A stretch of 63,801 nucleotides of DNA, filler included, from Octopus bimaculoides (taxonomy: Eukaryota): NCBI RefSeq assembly GCF_001194135.2. It is 4 parts of 4 records of this genome, joined end to end, with 100 filler letters (N's around TTAATTAATTAA, not from the genome) between each part and the next. Parts side by side here need not be neighbours in the genome. Positions count along the whole stretch, not along the records: positions 32,627 to 56,050 come from NC_068999.1; positions 56,151 to 63,801 come from NC_068993.1; 2 more parts are not named here. One strand, given 5' to 3'. The position numbers were made by a program, and so were the translations under genes. Below the pieces are notes generated by a model that saw only the letters and a program-made list of their open reading frames with translations, ran no database searches and was not told the origin of the DNA. Below are positions 47,831 through 61,265 of this stretch, piece by piece; the first letter of the stretch is position 1, and the number at the start of each line of letters is the position of its first letter.

Positions 47831-48361
47831 CAGTTGTACACAAACATTTTAATTGTATACTTAGAAATACGTGTGCGTATATACGTGTGTGTGTTTGTTT
47901 GTGCGTTTGCATGGTGTATGGTTGTGGTGTTCGTCGTGTATGTGTTTGTGTTTGTGTGTGTGTTTGTGTGTATGTGTGTGTGTGTGTGAGAGAGAGAGTG
48001 AGTGAGAGAGAGAGAGAGAGAGAGAGGGAGAGAAAGTGAGAAACAGAGATAATATACTACAATAATATTATGTACGCCTTTGTATATAAGAGAATATACA
48101 AATATAGAAAATATACACTACATATACCGTTTTTGCAGGTAAATAGAGGTGAGTTTCAAATTATTTGTTCATGTCGAAAGATAATACAACTTAAGAACAT
48201 TATATTTATTTAGAAAAGTAATAATTAGGCGCCTATGAAAAGTGATTGTATTATATAATGTCTACTAAATGATGTAAATTTATGAGACAAAACTCGAAGA
48301 AATTATAATATAAACCTACTGATATTAAACATACATGCATACACACATACATAGATGATGC

Positions 48362-48396
<35 letters not shown>

Positions 48397-48424
48397 CATA
48401 CATATATTTATATATATATATATA

Positions 48425-48455
<31 letters not shown>

Positions 48456-48599
48456 GGGGAGAGAGAGAATGAGAGAGAGAGGGAGAGAATGAGAGAGAGA
48501 GAGAGAGAATGAGAGAGAGAGAGACAGAGACAGATAATATTTGTCTAGAAAAGACATGAAAACAAATGAATATTACACTCGATTACCAAAGCAGGAACG

Positions 48600-50200
48600 A
48601 AAAAGGAAGGCATTTGCGTCCATGGCATTAAAACAGGTATCCTGTATAATTTAAGCCTTCCTTATTACCATATACTAATCAAGTAAGAAATAAATATGAA
48701 ATATAATGTGATTAATAATAACAACCCAAAAGGAATAAATTAATAGCGAAAGTTATAATGCAAAAATATGAAACTAAACCTTATCAATTTAGAATTCCAA
48801 GAATTAACATTAAGGAATACAAGCCTAATATGAGATCTAACCCAAATGGAAGGCTCAGATGCCGCTTAAAATATGACTTAGATAAGATAAGTAAGCTGAA
48901 TGTGAATAAATATACACCCACTTGAGAACATATAATTAAACTGACACTTTGTTTAGCTCATATGAGGCAATTAATTGGTTAATAAATAATATAGTAAACA
49001 TATAAAAGTATTTGTACAAATTAATATAAATAATTATTACTCATCCATAAACCACATACTACTTAAAAGCGCAATTTGTTTGCTAAGAAAAAAATCTGAA
49101 CAAAACATGGATGAAGTTTATGTGATTTTAAAAGCCAGAAAACCTATTATAAAATTAGAGAATAAGGTGATGAAGGTTACAATGATAGTTTTGATATTAC
49201 TATGGTACCATAGGAGAACACTGCACAAGTTACTGATTTGGTATGAATTTATACACTGTTTAGCTTAAATAGGGATCTTCATGAGTTGGGTGACGGTCTC
49301 TACAGAGTCACTTCGCCCTAGATAACGTTTCTAATAGTCAAATTAAGAAGTATAAGAAAAGATTCTTCAGGGAATATATTGCTACCCAAATCAAAACGTA
49401 CATAACATCGCTAACTCAATACTAATTTACATCATATTGAAGGAAAATGTAAACCATTTTATAAACCTAACACTAACTTACAACACATTAATAAAAACAA
49501 CAATAAATCTAGAAGCATAACAGAGTAAATAGTTGAAGATGTTTCTGTAGGTATTTGGAAACTATTGGCTGATGATGAAATACTTAAGCAAAAGGAATAC
49601 TATCATCACCTAGCACTAAGTAAGACAGGATATAGTAAAAAATTGAAATAAACAATAGCTATAAGTAATGATATTAATAAGAAAATAAATTAATATCCTA
49701 TGATATTAATTTGGTGGATAATAATGATTATTTAGATAAAGATAGGAAAATTCCAATACAGAAACGTGTAGAGACGAATGCCAATGGGATATAAACTAGA
49801 ATATTAGCAAAATCAATAACAAAATTAAGAACAATAAAATAGTCAGGGCACATAGTAAAATTCAGGATAAATATGCAATCAAGTGACATGAGATGAATAC
49901 CCCTAGTATGAATGATTTCTATACAACTAAACTAAATGATAATACAGAAAGTTTTATTATTATATTAGATAATACAGAAGTGTTGTGGGCAATAAAGAAA
50001 GTTTTATTATTCCATTTGGTAAAAAAAAAAGAAGAAAAACATTAGCTGTAACATTCCGAAATCATTCCATTCAGCTGTTAATAAAGATTTTCTTAAACGT
50101 AGCAAGTATTGTCAAATTTTCAACTCGAATAGGATAATAAAGTCTTTTATAAAATTCGAGATATGTAGCACAAACAATTTCAGCACAAACGGGTAAAGGT
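48600..50200 (+). mobile_element. Decayed Penelope-like element RT (Neptune-like)
   Basis: Ordered remnants EYKPNMRSNPNGRL, SFDITMVP*ENTAQVTDLV (FDVTMGSYDGAEVCELV-like), GLYR, KPFYKPN, KTGYSKKLKY and KYCQIFNSN. Confidence 0.65.
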
Positions 50201-50614
50201 AAATTATTTGTACGTGGAGGATATTAACTATAACGTAAATATTGTATATAATAGTGACGAAATAAGGAGATAAATTTAATAGGTAGACAAATATAATAAG
50301 GAAAACGATGCAACGGAAATAACTGGTGAAATCATTATGAAGTGATCAGACGTGAAATACCATCGGCATGTGTTCATGAATGAAAGAATACATTTAACTG
50401 ATTCAAATAATTGCATGATACGTAATACTAAAATTAGAATCGGATTTAAATAAACAAAGGCAAATAAAGAAATTAGTTAGAAATACACACCTGCATAAAT
50501 TAAACGCAATTTTAATTAGAGAAAGAAAGTTTAAGCAAATAAAAGTAACTATAACGCTAAATATTAAATTAACTGTGAAATTAGCAAACAAAAAAAATAT
50601 AGACCAATCGTTTC

Positions 50615-50615
<1 letters not shown>

Positions 50616-50700
<85 letters not shown>
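50616..50700. repeat. (AAT)n microsatellite
   Basis: Visible directly. Confidence 0.95.
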
Positions 50701-50705
<5 letters not shown>

Positions 50706-51049
50706 TAATACTTCTACTGGAAGCAGATTGTGTTAATTATGGGCGAAGAGATTAAGTGATTAGAGAAATGTAATAAGGAAAACGATGCAATGGAACCTAT
50801 TGGTGAAATCAATATGAAGTGATCAAAACTGGTAAACACAGATGCCGAAAGAGAAGCAATGAGAAGGCAAGCATTCATATAAAAAATAAAAAAAAAAACT
50901 TCCCGTTGACAGCACTTTCGTGCCTGACAACTTTCTCCTGGAATAGGCAAAGATTCCCGGTAGCACTGCTAGGTCAGAGAATTTCGGAAACTCCCGGGCT
51001 GAAAGCTCTCCGGAATTGGGCGGCTAGTTGATCTTCACTCTTACCTGTA

Positions 51050-51600
51050 TCCTAAAGCAATCGATACATGCAATTGCTGATGCATCCAAGCAGCATCTAC
51101 ACGGCTGTGTAGTAATGCTTGCATCTATATTGTCAATTGGAAGAATTAATTGTATTAATCGTAGTATCATACGTTCCTCGTACCATACTGTCGTGTCCAA
51201 TTTCTTCGTTTATGATATTTGAAATAGGTGTGTGCAACCTACAGAAACATCTACCATCTCTCCAATTCCCTCCCACCCCACCTAAATCACATCTCTCAGA
51301 AACTGGTTTCGGCACTCAAAGTGACTCTACTAACAGATGTGAGAAACCATTTCCTGACATCTTTCTTTGGGTTCTTGCCAAAAATTAATCAATTCCTTCT
51401 GCTTCCAAGCGGAAATTTAGAGAATTCTGAGAACAGGTTTTTGTCTAGCTTTACAACGTGGTTGTCTAATTTCAGAAGATATCCTTTAGTGTGTCTCCAT
51501 TTCTACATCCACATTTGTCGACATTCGGTCTTTTGTCATCTCTGGAGAATATATGTTTACATCACAGCATCAAAGCTACACTTGAAGATGAAATCTGATC
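51050..51600 (-). mobile_element. Possible decayed R4/Dong-type RT fragment
   Basis: SAWKQKELINFWQE (NWKxPGxDxIxNFWxK-like), followed by MVRGT. Confidence 0.35.
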
Positions 51601-54340
51601 AGTGATGTGCTCCACCTCCTGGTCACATTCCTCCCACCTTCTTTTCAACAACCCCGTCTATCCGTGTTAACATCTTACTTTAGTGAGGGCATTGAATTAA
51701 ATGCAGTTTCCTATTATCTGCTGCTGCAGTTGTAACACACTCATTAACAGTGTTTCTCTTCTCCCTCTGTATCATCATGTAAAATGTCTTCAATGCGCGA
51801 CATTTAATGTTTTCCCGTCACATTGAATTGTTCAAGTCATGCTATTAAATCCTTATTTTCTTTCTCAGAACACCATTTCATACACTTTTGTCATCTTACA
51901 GACGGTTTTGTATTGCTACTTCTCCTCATTTCCTAAAAAGTTTCGTAGATTTCAGATATTGATATGATATGTAGCTAAAGATACTCTTTCTTTAGATATA
52001 CCGATGAACTGTTAGTTGTTGGAAATAGATATAAAATATAGTGTGATAAATAACCTACCACCCGAGTTAGAGACGGTGATATTTCGACTCATAAATGTCT
52101 TCTAACACTCCGACCATGTTACATATTAGATTTTTAAAGCTTTAACTCAGGAAGAATGAAAGACGTAGATTACCACGACGTGATATAAATTCGGACAGTC
52201 AGAATAAAAACAGCCAATCTCTCCATTTGATTCTCCAATGAATTCATGCATTGAGCGCTATAAAATGTTTGACTTACTTGTAGTTATTTTAGCATATTTT
52301 TATGGAATGCACTACCATCATTCATGAATTATTCATGCTGTTTCCGAGGTTCAGCATTACGTAAGTTTTTAGAACACGCGAGATTACATTTTCCTTCATT
52401 CATAATATATTATTATATAAAATCTTCCCGGTATTAGAGAATATAATCTAATGCGTCTTTGAGCAAGCGATTATACTTTCAATGATTCATGAATATTAGA
52501 AGGTAACATATCACAATATTAAAATATATCACCTTAAATGTTGTACGAGAGTTATGTCCATTTATGTTTGTGTGTAAACATGGATATATTTGACACTGTT
52601 TGTGGCAGTATGAGCATTTGAAATATTGAATTCAGAATAAATGTTTCCTTAAAATGTTCGACAAAATCTACTGTGTAAAATTACGCTCGTCAAACGAAAA
52701 TGCTTATGTAATTGTAGTTTTGGAGAAAAACGAGACATCATTTACAATGTTGCATATAGTTACCGTTTGTCTGAGATTTTCAGAAGAAATAGATATATGG
52801 GGGTAAAACTAAAACAATAAGCTTATCATTATTAATCGTTCGTATATGGATACGAAGATGATTATAATTCCGTTCGTAACAAATAAAGAACCTATAAAAT
52901 CTTTATTAGTTATAGCATCTTCACTGTCAATACACTCAGCTGGACATATATTACGTATAAAATATGTTGCTATCGTAAAATGTCCTTTCAGAACAATTTT
53001 CGAAAGTAAAATCCGCTGATATTGAAAAACTTTATTTGTGTTGATTATCTGAGAGCGTGTAAAACATTTTCCTGCTTGTAAACCCAACGGAGATATTACC
53101 TATTGTAAATCAGATATCGTCTATATTGCAAGATGTTTCATATCAGCGTTTGATTTAATAAAATCTAATTGTGATTTCAACAAAAAATAGTTATTGGATA
53201 AAAATATGTTCAGACGAGTATTTATCAAAAGTCATGCGCTCTTTAAAATAGCTAGAAAGAGAGACCTACCTGCGCACAAGACGGCACACAATCATACACA
53301 CAAACAAACACACGCGTGGACACACGCATACACACACACACTCCCATCCGCACATGCACCTACACTAGCATATCTGCGAATACGTGTGTGTGTGTGTGTG
53401 TGTGTTTGCGTAAAAATTTGAAAGTGAAGAGAAATACATTGACCTTCGTGTGGATTTTATTAAATCAAACGCTGATATGTCCTAAATTCAGTAACCTTTC
53501 ACACGTTTTACATTGTGAAATCTGTTCTAATTCACACGTTGTTTAACTCTCGGCTAGCCCAGTACTTTTCGCAGGCTCTTCGGCGTGTCTTGAAGTAAAA
53601 TTTATTATTCTCAGGTTCACTATTTGTAACATCGTTCAAACATGTGTTTTCGAATGACCTACAGTTTTAATTGTGAAGATTATGCGCAAATATCATTTTG
53701 GGTTTTATTTAACTCATAACAATTGTAATGATCAACATTGGGTAACGAAATAATGCTTTCTACTGCAAAGACAAGACTGGGATAGGGGAAGGTCTACGAT
53801 TAAGAAGCTTGGATGGTACTTATTTTATCGATTCCCGAAGGATGAAAGGCAAACTCGACATTGCCGGAATGTAATCTAAGAACGTAAAATTGGACGCAAT
53901 GCCACTAAACATTTTGCCCAACATGATAACGATTCGGTCTGCTCACCGCATTTGGGCATTGAAATATTAATCAAATTAAAGATGTGTTGACATTCTATTT
54001 ATCCACGGTGTAGATCAAGAAATGTTTGATTTATTGTTTTATTAAATCTTGAAATGTTATTCGAATTTCCTTATCAAATGTCCCTTTTTGGCTCGGAATT
54101 GTAGTATTGGGGTAAGTGTTGCATAGTGTGTTGGCATCATTTGTAAAACATTTTCTTTTGAAAATTCACTTGCAGCCAATATCAGACAGTCCATGCGATA
54201 TTTTTATTTAATAAAACGCGTGCTTAATCCTAAACATAATTCTCGTGAGTGATCCATCACAATTAGCATGAATGCTATTTGTGGCTGATAGTTGATACCA
54301 TTTAAACTCTTTCTCCCCTCTCTATATACACATACATACA

Positions 54341-54378
<38 letters not shown>

Positions 54379-54699
54379 ACCACACACGCACCAGCACACA
54401 CGCACACAGGGACACACAAACACAGGCGTATATTGATATGAGCTCAATAGAGAAGCGCATTGAATATTCGTCCAACAGACTTATAAACTATGGACAATAA
54501 ATGGAAATCAATTTTCAATAATTCTGATGTTTTTTTCTTGTTTTTTTTTTTAATTAAGTAAATGTAATTCTATGTAGGAAAATGTAAGCGTAATTTTGCT
54601 CCCATTCTTATAATCATGCAGTCATTTCGAGAGCAACGTCTTAAAAAGGTCGAATAAATCGATTCTAGGACATATCATTTGTGAGCCAATAATTTATTC

Positions 54700-55012
54700 T
54701 ATCGAGCTCTGTTACCGAACTGTTAAGTTACGGAGAAATAAAGGCACCAGCATCGTTTTCTAACCGATGGCAGGGGAACAAACACAGACATACAAACATA
54801 TACACACACATACACACACACACACACACATGTACACATATATATATATACATATATATATATATACGACAGGGTTCTTTCAGTTTCCGTCCACCAAATC
54901 CACTCACAAGTCTTTGGTTGGCCCGAGGTTATAGTAAAAGACACAAACCCAAAATGCCACGCAGTGGGACTGAACCCGGAACCATGTACTTGGTAAGCAA
55001 GCTATTTACCAC
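54700..55012 (-). mobile_element. SINE family B
   Basis: Reverse complement of head, microsatellite core and partial tail. Confidence 0.85.
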
Positions 55013-55307
55013 ACATATTCATCTTAAATTAACTTTTTTCATAATGAGACTATGAAATATTGAAACCTGGTCATGAATTTAGAAAAAAACTTATGGGTCG
55101 AAACTAAATGCAATACATCATATGGCAATGTGAAAAATATAAATATTCAATGAAGAATTTAGAGAATAGTCCTGCAGTTAAAGTATCACGACTAAGCTAA
55201 CGTATATTATATATGCCCGCAGGATTGTAATTATATATTTGTATCTATATACACATGTATATATTCTTACAGGCAAAGGTAGACAGACAGTTAGACACAC
55301 ACACAGA

Positions 55308-55539
55308 GGCGGCGAGCTGGCAGAAACGTTAGCACGCCGGGCGAAATGCTTAGCGGTATGTCCTCTACCGCTACGTTCTGAGTTCAAAATCCGCCGAGGT
55401 GGACTCTGCCTTTCATCCTGTCGGGGTCGATTAAATAAGTACCAGATACGCACTGGGGTCGGTATAATCAAGTTAATCCGTTTGTCTGTCCTTGTCTGTC
55501 CGCTCTGTGTGTAGCTCCCTGTGGGTAATAAAGAAATAA
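55308..55539 (+). mobile_element. tRNA-derived SINE family A, full length
   Basis: Matches 45493-45713 and 25347-25649. Confidence 0.9.
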
Positions 55540-56017
55540 CACAGAGGCATGGCTCTATTAAAATATGTTCTTTTACCTGTAATAGTAATCGATTGATCAT
55601 TCGCTAAAATTCATCCAGGAGGAAATTTTCACAAAACGGATGCTTGAATTATAGGGCAGTGTACTTGGAAGTATGGATTAAAATATTATTTCTATTCACG
55701 AAATTTCTACTGAGCTTTCAACATTAATGTATCACTCTCTCTTAAATGCTATCAAAAAAATAACTCTCAGGTAATTATTAATCAGATCATTTTAAATGCG
55801 AATGACTAATGAATAACGGGTAATTAAAGAAGTTAATGGTTTACGGGAACGTCGATATTTTTAATTTCTCAGTTTAATAAACATCCTATAATGTGTAAAT
55901 AGTCTGTGAATGGAGGAGCAACAGAATATTAAATAGAAAAGAATTAACGCTGAAGGCACGTTTAAATTATTAGAAAACTTCTTTCGTCAACTTATTCTGT
56001 CTTGTATAATATCTGTA

Positions 56018-56050
<33 letters not shown>

Positions 56051-56150
56051 NNNNNNNNNNNNNNNNNNNNNNNNNNNNNNNNNNNNNNNNNNNNTTAATT
56101 AATTAANNNNNNNNNNNNNNNNNNNNNNNNNNNNNNNNNNNNNNNNNNNN
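56051..56150. other. Synthetic scaffold spacer N44-TTAATTAATTAA-N44
   Basis: Same structure as 19112-19211. Confidence 0.9.
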
Positions 56151-56399
56151 GAATGGTTATCTGTCGGATCGGAACCACTTAGTTTCTAACCCTCGGTCAG
56201 TCAAGAGGTTGTCCCTTCTCGTGTCTTCTGAGTGTACTGACTCAAGAGCCACTTCTGCGGAAATTGGAGATATTGAGAGGCATATCGCACAATCTAGGAC
56301 ATGGGTAAAACGTGTTAGCATACGTAGACGACGTTACCGTCCTAGTGTCTGTCAAACAACATACAACATAGACTGATCGGCACTGCTCTAAGGAAATAC

Positions 56400-56995
56400 A
56401 AGGAGGTGACAAGAGTAAAAAATCAACCAATAAAAATCAGTGAACCTGCAGGCAGATCCATGCTATCCAAGAACGTCGTGGAGCGCTGGACGGACGGACC
56501 AGTTAAATTGTTTGGGATCTGGTTTGGTACAAATCTGCATGTGCAGAAGAACTGGGAGTGATAACAAGCAGGGTGACTAATCTTATCAGATGGCTAAGGC
56601 AGTTTTCCTTTGCCTGGTGGCGGTAGCGAAAGAGGTTGTCTGGTGGACGAGATTTAAAGGCATGAGCGCAGAGACAATCCTCTTTGGTAGGGCTCTCGGA
56701 GAGCGAGGTGCTGTCGTCAAGTGAATTTATTGAATGGTGGGAAAGAGTTGCGAAATTGGCAAGAGTAGATAGTACCACTAAGTGCAAACCTGAGAGTCGG
56801 AGAAAAGGAATCAGGGTGGGCATTTGCCCTTGGTGTTCAGGGAGATCCTAAGACGGTGGGGTTCCTCGATTATACCGAGAGGTCCTCCTGTATCAGGAGG
56901 ACCACATCACTATCATCCTCTTTTTCCTTTTTTCCTTTAATGTTTGTATACTATGTATACTTCCCTTCTTTGTTTTATTGTATACCGTATATACT
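56400..56995 (+). mobile_element. Tx1/L1-type LINE, internally deleted 3' portion
   Basis: VKLFGIWFGTNLHVQKNWE, AVFLCLVAVAKEVVWWTRFKG and VLSSSEFIEWWERVAK; 10-bp perfect hairpin at 56881-56903 in the 3' UTR. Confidence 0.75.
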
Positions 56996-56999
56996 TTAT

Positions 57000-57030
<31 letters not shown>

Positions 57031-57665
57031 CATACATACATACTTACACGCACATATATATACATATATATATGTATATGTATGTATGTATGTATGTATA
57101 TATATATATATATNNNNNNNNNNNNNNNNNNNNNNNNNNNNNNNNNNNNNNNNNNNNNNNNNNNNNNNNNNNNNNNNNNNNNNNNNNNNNNNNNNNNNNN
57201 NNNNNNNNNNNNNNNNNNNNNNNNNNNNNNNNNNNNNNNNNNNNNNNNNNNNNNNNNNNNNNNNNNNNNNNNNNNNNNNNNNNNNNNNNNNNNNNNNNNN
57301 NNNNNNNNNNNNNNNNNNNNNNNNNNNNNNNNNNNNNNNNNNNNNNNNNNNNNNNNNNNNNNNNNNNNNNNNNNNNNNNNNNNNNNNNNNNNNNNNNNNN
57401 NNNNNNNNNNNNNNNNNNNNNNNNNNNNNNNNNNNNNNNNNNNNNNNNNNNNNNNNNNNNNNNNNNNNNNNNNNNNNNNNNNNNNNNNNNNNNNNNNNNN
57501 NNNNNNNNNNNNNNNNNNNNNNNNNNNNNNNNNNNNNNNNNNNNNNNNNNNNNNNNNNNNNNNNNNNNNNNNNNNNNNNNNNNNNNNNNNNNNNNNNNNN
57601 NNNNNNNNNNNNNNNNNNNNNNNNNNNNNNNNNNNNNNNNNNNNNNNNNNNNNNNNNNNNNNNNA

Positions 57666-57897
57666 CCATAAGAAAATTATGTGTTTGTTTTAAAATTTGA
57701 GATCACATAGACAGTATTTTACGTAGGATATGGACAGTTCCCATGAGCACTATCTTTTGAACTTCAGCCATTTTGGGGTTTCCTGGTATCTGAGCTAGGT
57801 AGTAATCAGCCCGTTTCGCTGTCATTCCCAGGGCACCTATGACAATAGGTATTGTTTTAGTCTTCAAGTTCCACATTTTGCTAATTTCTATTTCAAG

Positions 57898-57900
<3 letters not shown>
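57666..57900 (-). mobile_element. R4/Dong-type non-LTR element, RLE C-terminus (5'-truncated), abutting (TAA)n
   Basis: LEIEISKMWNLKTKTIPIVIGALG...EVQKIVLMGTVHILRKILSM* is the conserved RLE-clade terminus. Confidence 0.8.
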
Positions 57901-57941
<41 letters not shown>

Positions 57942-58004
57942 CATCATCATCATTATTATTATTATTATTATTATTGTTGTTGTTGTTGTTGTTGTTGTTG
58001 TTAT

Positions 58005-58220
58005 GGTGAGCTGGCAGAATCGTTAGCACGTCGGGTGAAATGCTTAGCGGCATTTCGTCGTTTTCACGTTCTGTGTTCAAATGTCGCCGGGTTCGACTTT
58101 CATGCCTTTCATCCTTTCGGGGTCGATAAATTAAGTACCAGTGGAACACAGGGATCGATGTTATCGACTATCCCCCTCCCCTCAAATTCCAGACCTTCTA
58201 CCTATAGTAGAAAGGATTAT
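58005..58220 (+). mobile_element. tRNA-derived SINE family A variant
   Basis: GGTGAGCTGGCAGAATCGTTAGCACG...GGGGTCGATAAATTAAGTACCAG, with a different 3' tail. Confidence 0.85.
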
Positions 58221-58655
58221 TATTTATTTATTTATTTATTTATTATTAGTTTTACTACTGTTCTTATATGATTCACTCCTTACATTTTTTTTATTATTGC
58301 AATTTTTCTTTTCTAAGAAGAGATCGGGTGACATTATGAGTTATCTTGGTGAATGGTAAATATTCTCTTCAAGGACAAGCATGTGAAAATTTCAGGTTAA
58401 TCTATCCTTCTTTCTGTTTTTCATGCGCTTTCCTTCACTTTTGCCTTTCGTTTCAGCTTTATAATTTTTTAATCTTTTTCTTATTTACCACAGTCATTCA
58501 AATATCTGTGTCGTTTTTTTTTTTTCATAATATCTTAATTTTTTTTGTACGACTTTCTTCCTTCTTCATTTCTAATCTTCTTTCCTTCTCTGGGAACGAC
58601 TGGGAAAATTAATCTCTGCCTTACAGATCTATCTATCTATCTATCTATCTATCTG

Positions 58656-58686
<31 letters not shown>

Positions 58687-59136
58687 AGCTATCTATCTGT
58701 CTGTCTGTCTGTCTGTCTGTTTTGCTGTCTGTCTGTCTGTCTGTNNNNNNNNNNNNNNNNNNNNNNNNNNNNNNNNNNNNNNNNNNNNNNNNNNNNNNNN
58801 NNNNNNNNNNNNNNNNNNNNNNNNNNNNNNNNNNNNNNNNNNNNNNNNNNNNNNNNNNNNNNNNNNNNNNNNNNNNNNNNNNNNNNNNNNNNNNNNNNNN
58901 NNNNNNNNNNNNNNNNNNNNNNNNNNNNNNNNNNNNNNNNNNNNNNNNNNNNNNNNNNNNNNNNNNNNNNNNNNNNNNNNNNNNNNNNNNNNNNNNNNNN
59001 NNNNNNNNNNNNNNNNNNNNNNNNNNNNNNNNNNNNNNNNNNNNNNNNNNNNNNNNNNNNNNNNNNNNNNNNNNNNNNNNNNNNNNNNNNNNNNNNNNNN
59101 NNNNNNNNNNNNNATATATATATATGCGCAGGCGTG

Positions 59137-59275
59137 AATGTGTGGTAAGAAGTTTACTTCCCAATCTGGGTTCACTCCCACTGCGTGGTAGTTTGGGGCC
59201 AGTGTCTTCGACTATAGCCCCGGGCCGACCAAAGCCTTCTGAGCGCATTTTCAGACAGAAACTGAAGGAATCCTA
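59137..59275 (+). mobile_element. SINE family B head
   Basis: GCGCAGGCGTGAATGTGTGGTAAG...GAAACTGAAGGAA. Confidence 0.8.
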
Positions 59276-59458
59276 TGAAAGATCGCTGACCACTATATTT
59301 ATATTTTTTTTCTCTCCTTGTTTCTTTCTGTGTTCCTTTCTGTTGAAGAGCTTAGGCTCCAAACGTGAAAGACTTTCTCTGTTCCGGAGCGTTATACTAA
59401 TACATCCATTTGTTGTTTACACCACCTGTCTTCGTCTGTTGTTTTATCCGTAAATTCT

Positions 59459-59493
<35 letters not shown>

Positions 59494-59639
59494 TGTAGAA
59501 TAGCTGTATAACATCATAAGAAACAACTATAAATTGATGTATAAAAAACATTTGCTCACTCCATATTTCGTTTGTCCTTATAAAAGCTTTATGGATTTTA
59601 GCGGATTTTCAGACATTCATTTGATAAAACAATCTCGAG

Positions 59640-59960
59640 ATTAATGTATCATCTGATAGCCAATATCTGTGGATGAGCTTAGTAGGGTGAAATGATTGTT
59701 ATATTGAAAACCGTCAAATATTTGACTAACTCGCATACCGAAGTTTACTTACGAGTTGGAGAAAATCGAACAGCCAATAGCTCTTTTATTCGGAGACTTA
59801 CATGGAGAGTATTTTTCTTTGCCTAAGGGAGCAAGGACGACAATTTCAAAGGATGAGGAAACGTACTAATTATGATTATAAATATTTGCAAAACCCTCCA
59901 CCTAATTAACGCTTGACCCCATTTGAAGAAGAATTGCATAATGTCATTCGAAACATGTAA
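59640..59960 (+). mobile_element. Penelope-like ORF N-terminal relic
   Basis: SFIRRLTWRVFF and NPPPN*RLTPFEEELHNVIRNM, resembling PLE FIxRLRWKAxFF and PPxxxxLxxFExDL. Confidence 0.5.
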
Positions 59961-60671
59961 TTTTGATTAATCTGATTGGACGTGCCATTTCAGTGTCACT
60001 TGGAGAGTAATTAATAGTAGCATGTATTATAGCATAATATGGCAAGATTGATGAGACTGAATTCAGATGAAACAACTGTGTATTAAAAAGACTTACTCAA
60101 TTTTCTTCTTTGCTCTGTTTCGTATATGCGCGCGCATATACATACACACACATACACGTTATCGGGCAGTATGCTGAAAATATCGTAGCTCTTTATTTTA
60201 GCGCCAAATATCCGTTTGTCATTATTTGTTCTTATATATCTTTAAGTCTCGTCGATCTTTCACGAATTAAACGCATCATTTCAGGCAGCTTTACTTTCGT
60301 CCATAAGAAAACGAGAAAAATAAATAAATAAATAAAAGAAGACGACTGTTGAGCAATTCAATTAATCTTTTATTATTTTAATGTAGAATAACCGAATTAT
60401 GTTAGGGAACATAAAAGCAGATTAACTACCTCTCTCGCTCTTTCTAGCCGTGCTGCCATCGCCGACGATGACAATGACAACGACAACAACAGCAACAACA
60501 ATAGCAGCAGTAGTCGCAATAATATAAGGAATGAAAAGGGCTTCTCGGCATGATTAAATATAAGAAACAATTCTTTCATGTGGGTCTTAGGAATCGGTGT
60601 GGCGACTGAAATCAAAGGATATCGTGCAGAAATGATGGGTTAAATGCTCCTTTTAATTCCTGGAAATCTGA

Positions 60672-60687
60672 ATGTGTCTGTATGTGT

Positions 60688-60752
<65 letters not shown>

Positions 60753-60857
60753 CTAGAGTTCATGTGTGTTCATGCGCATATGTGTGCGTCTATGTTAGAT
60801 TTGTGCGTATTTATATGTTTGTGCATGTGTGTGCGTGTATGTGCGTATGTATATAAT

Positions 60858-60890
<33 letters not shown>

Positions 60891-61160
60891 TGGTATATAT
60901 AATCAGTTATATAGTGTATATATATGTATATATATGTATATGTGTATGTATGTGCATGTATGTGTATATATATGCACATATATATAATGTATGTGTTGTG
61001 TGTAATATGTATATATACACACATATAGACACACATATACATGTTTACATATATGTATCTATGTATATTGGTGTATTATATATGTATACATACATACACA
61101 TAGATATACAAGAATATACATATATTTATATCTATATAAAAAATGTATGTATGTGTGTAT

Positions 61161-61219
<59 letters not shown>

Positions 61220-61265
61220 ACACGTATATACAGTACACACTTATATATAAACACATTCATACACA
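60672..61265. repeat. Compound (TG)/(GA)/(TA) microsatellite block
   Basis: Visible directly. Confidence 0.95.

Noticed and set aside
52809-53087. Possible further Penelope GIY-YIG relic (KGHFT...DFIG)
   Set aside because: The motifs are too degraded to support a call.
29389-59453. Long ORFs of 130-436 aa spanning N runs (also 6057-6513)
   Set aside because: They are open only because N codons are not stops.
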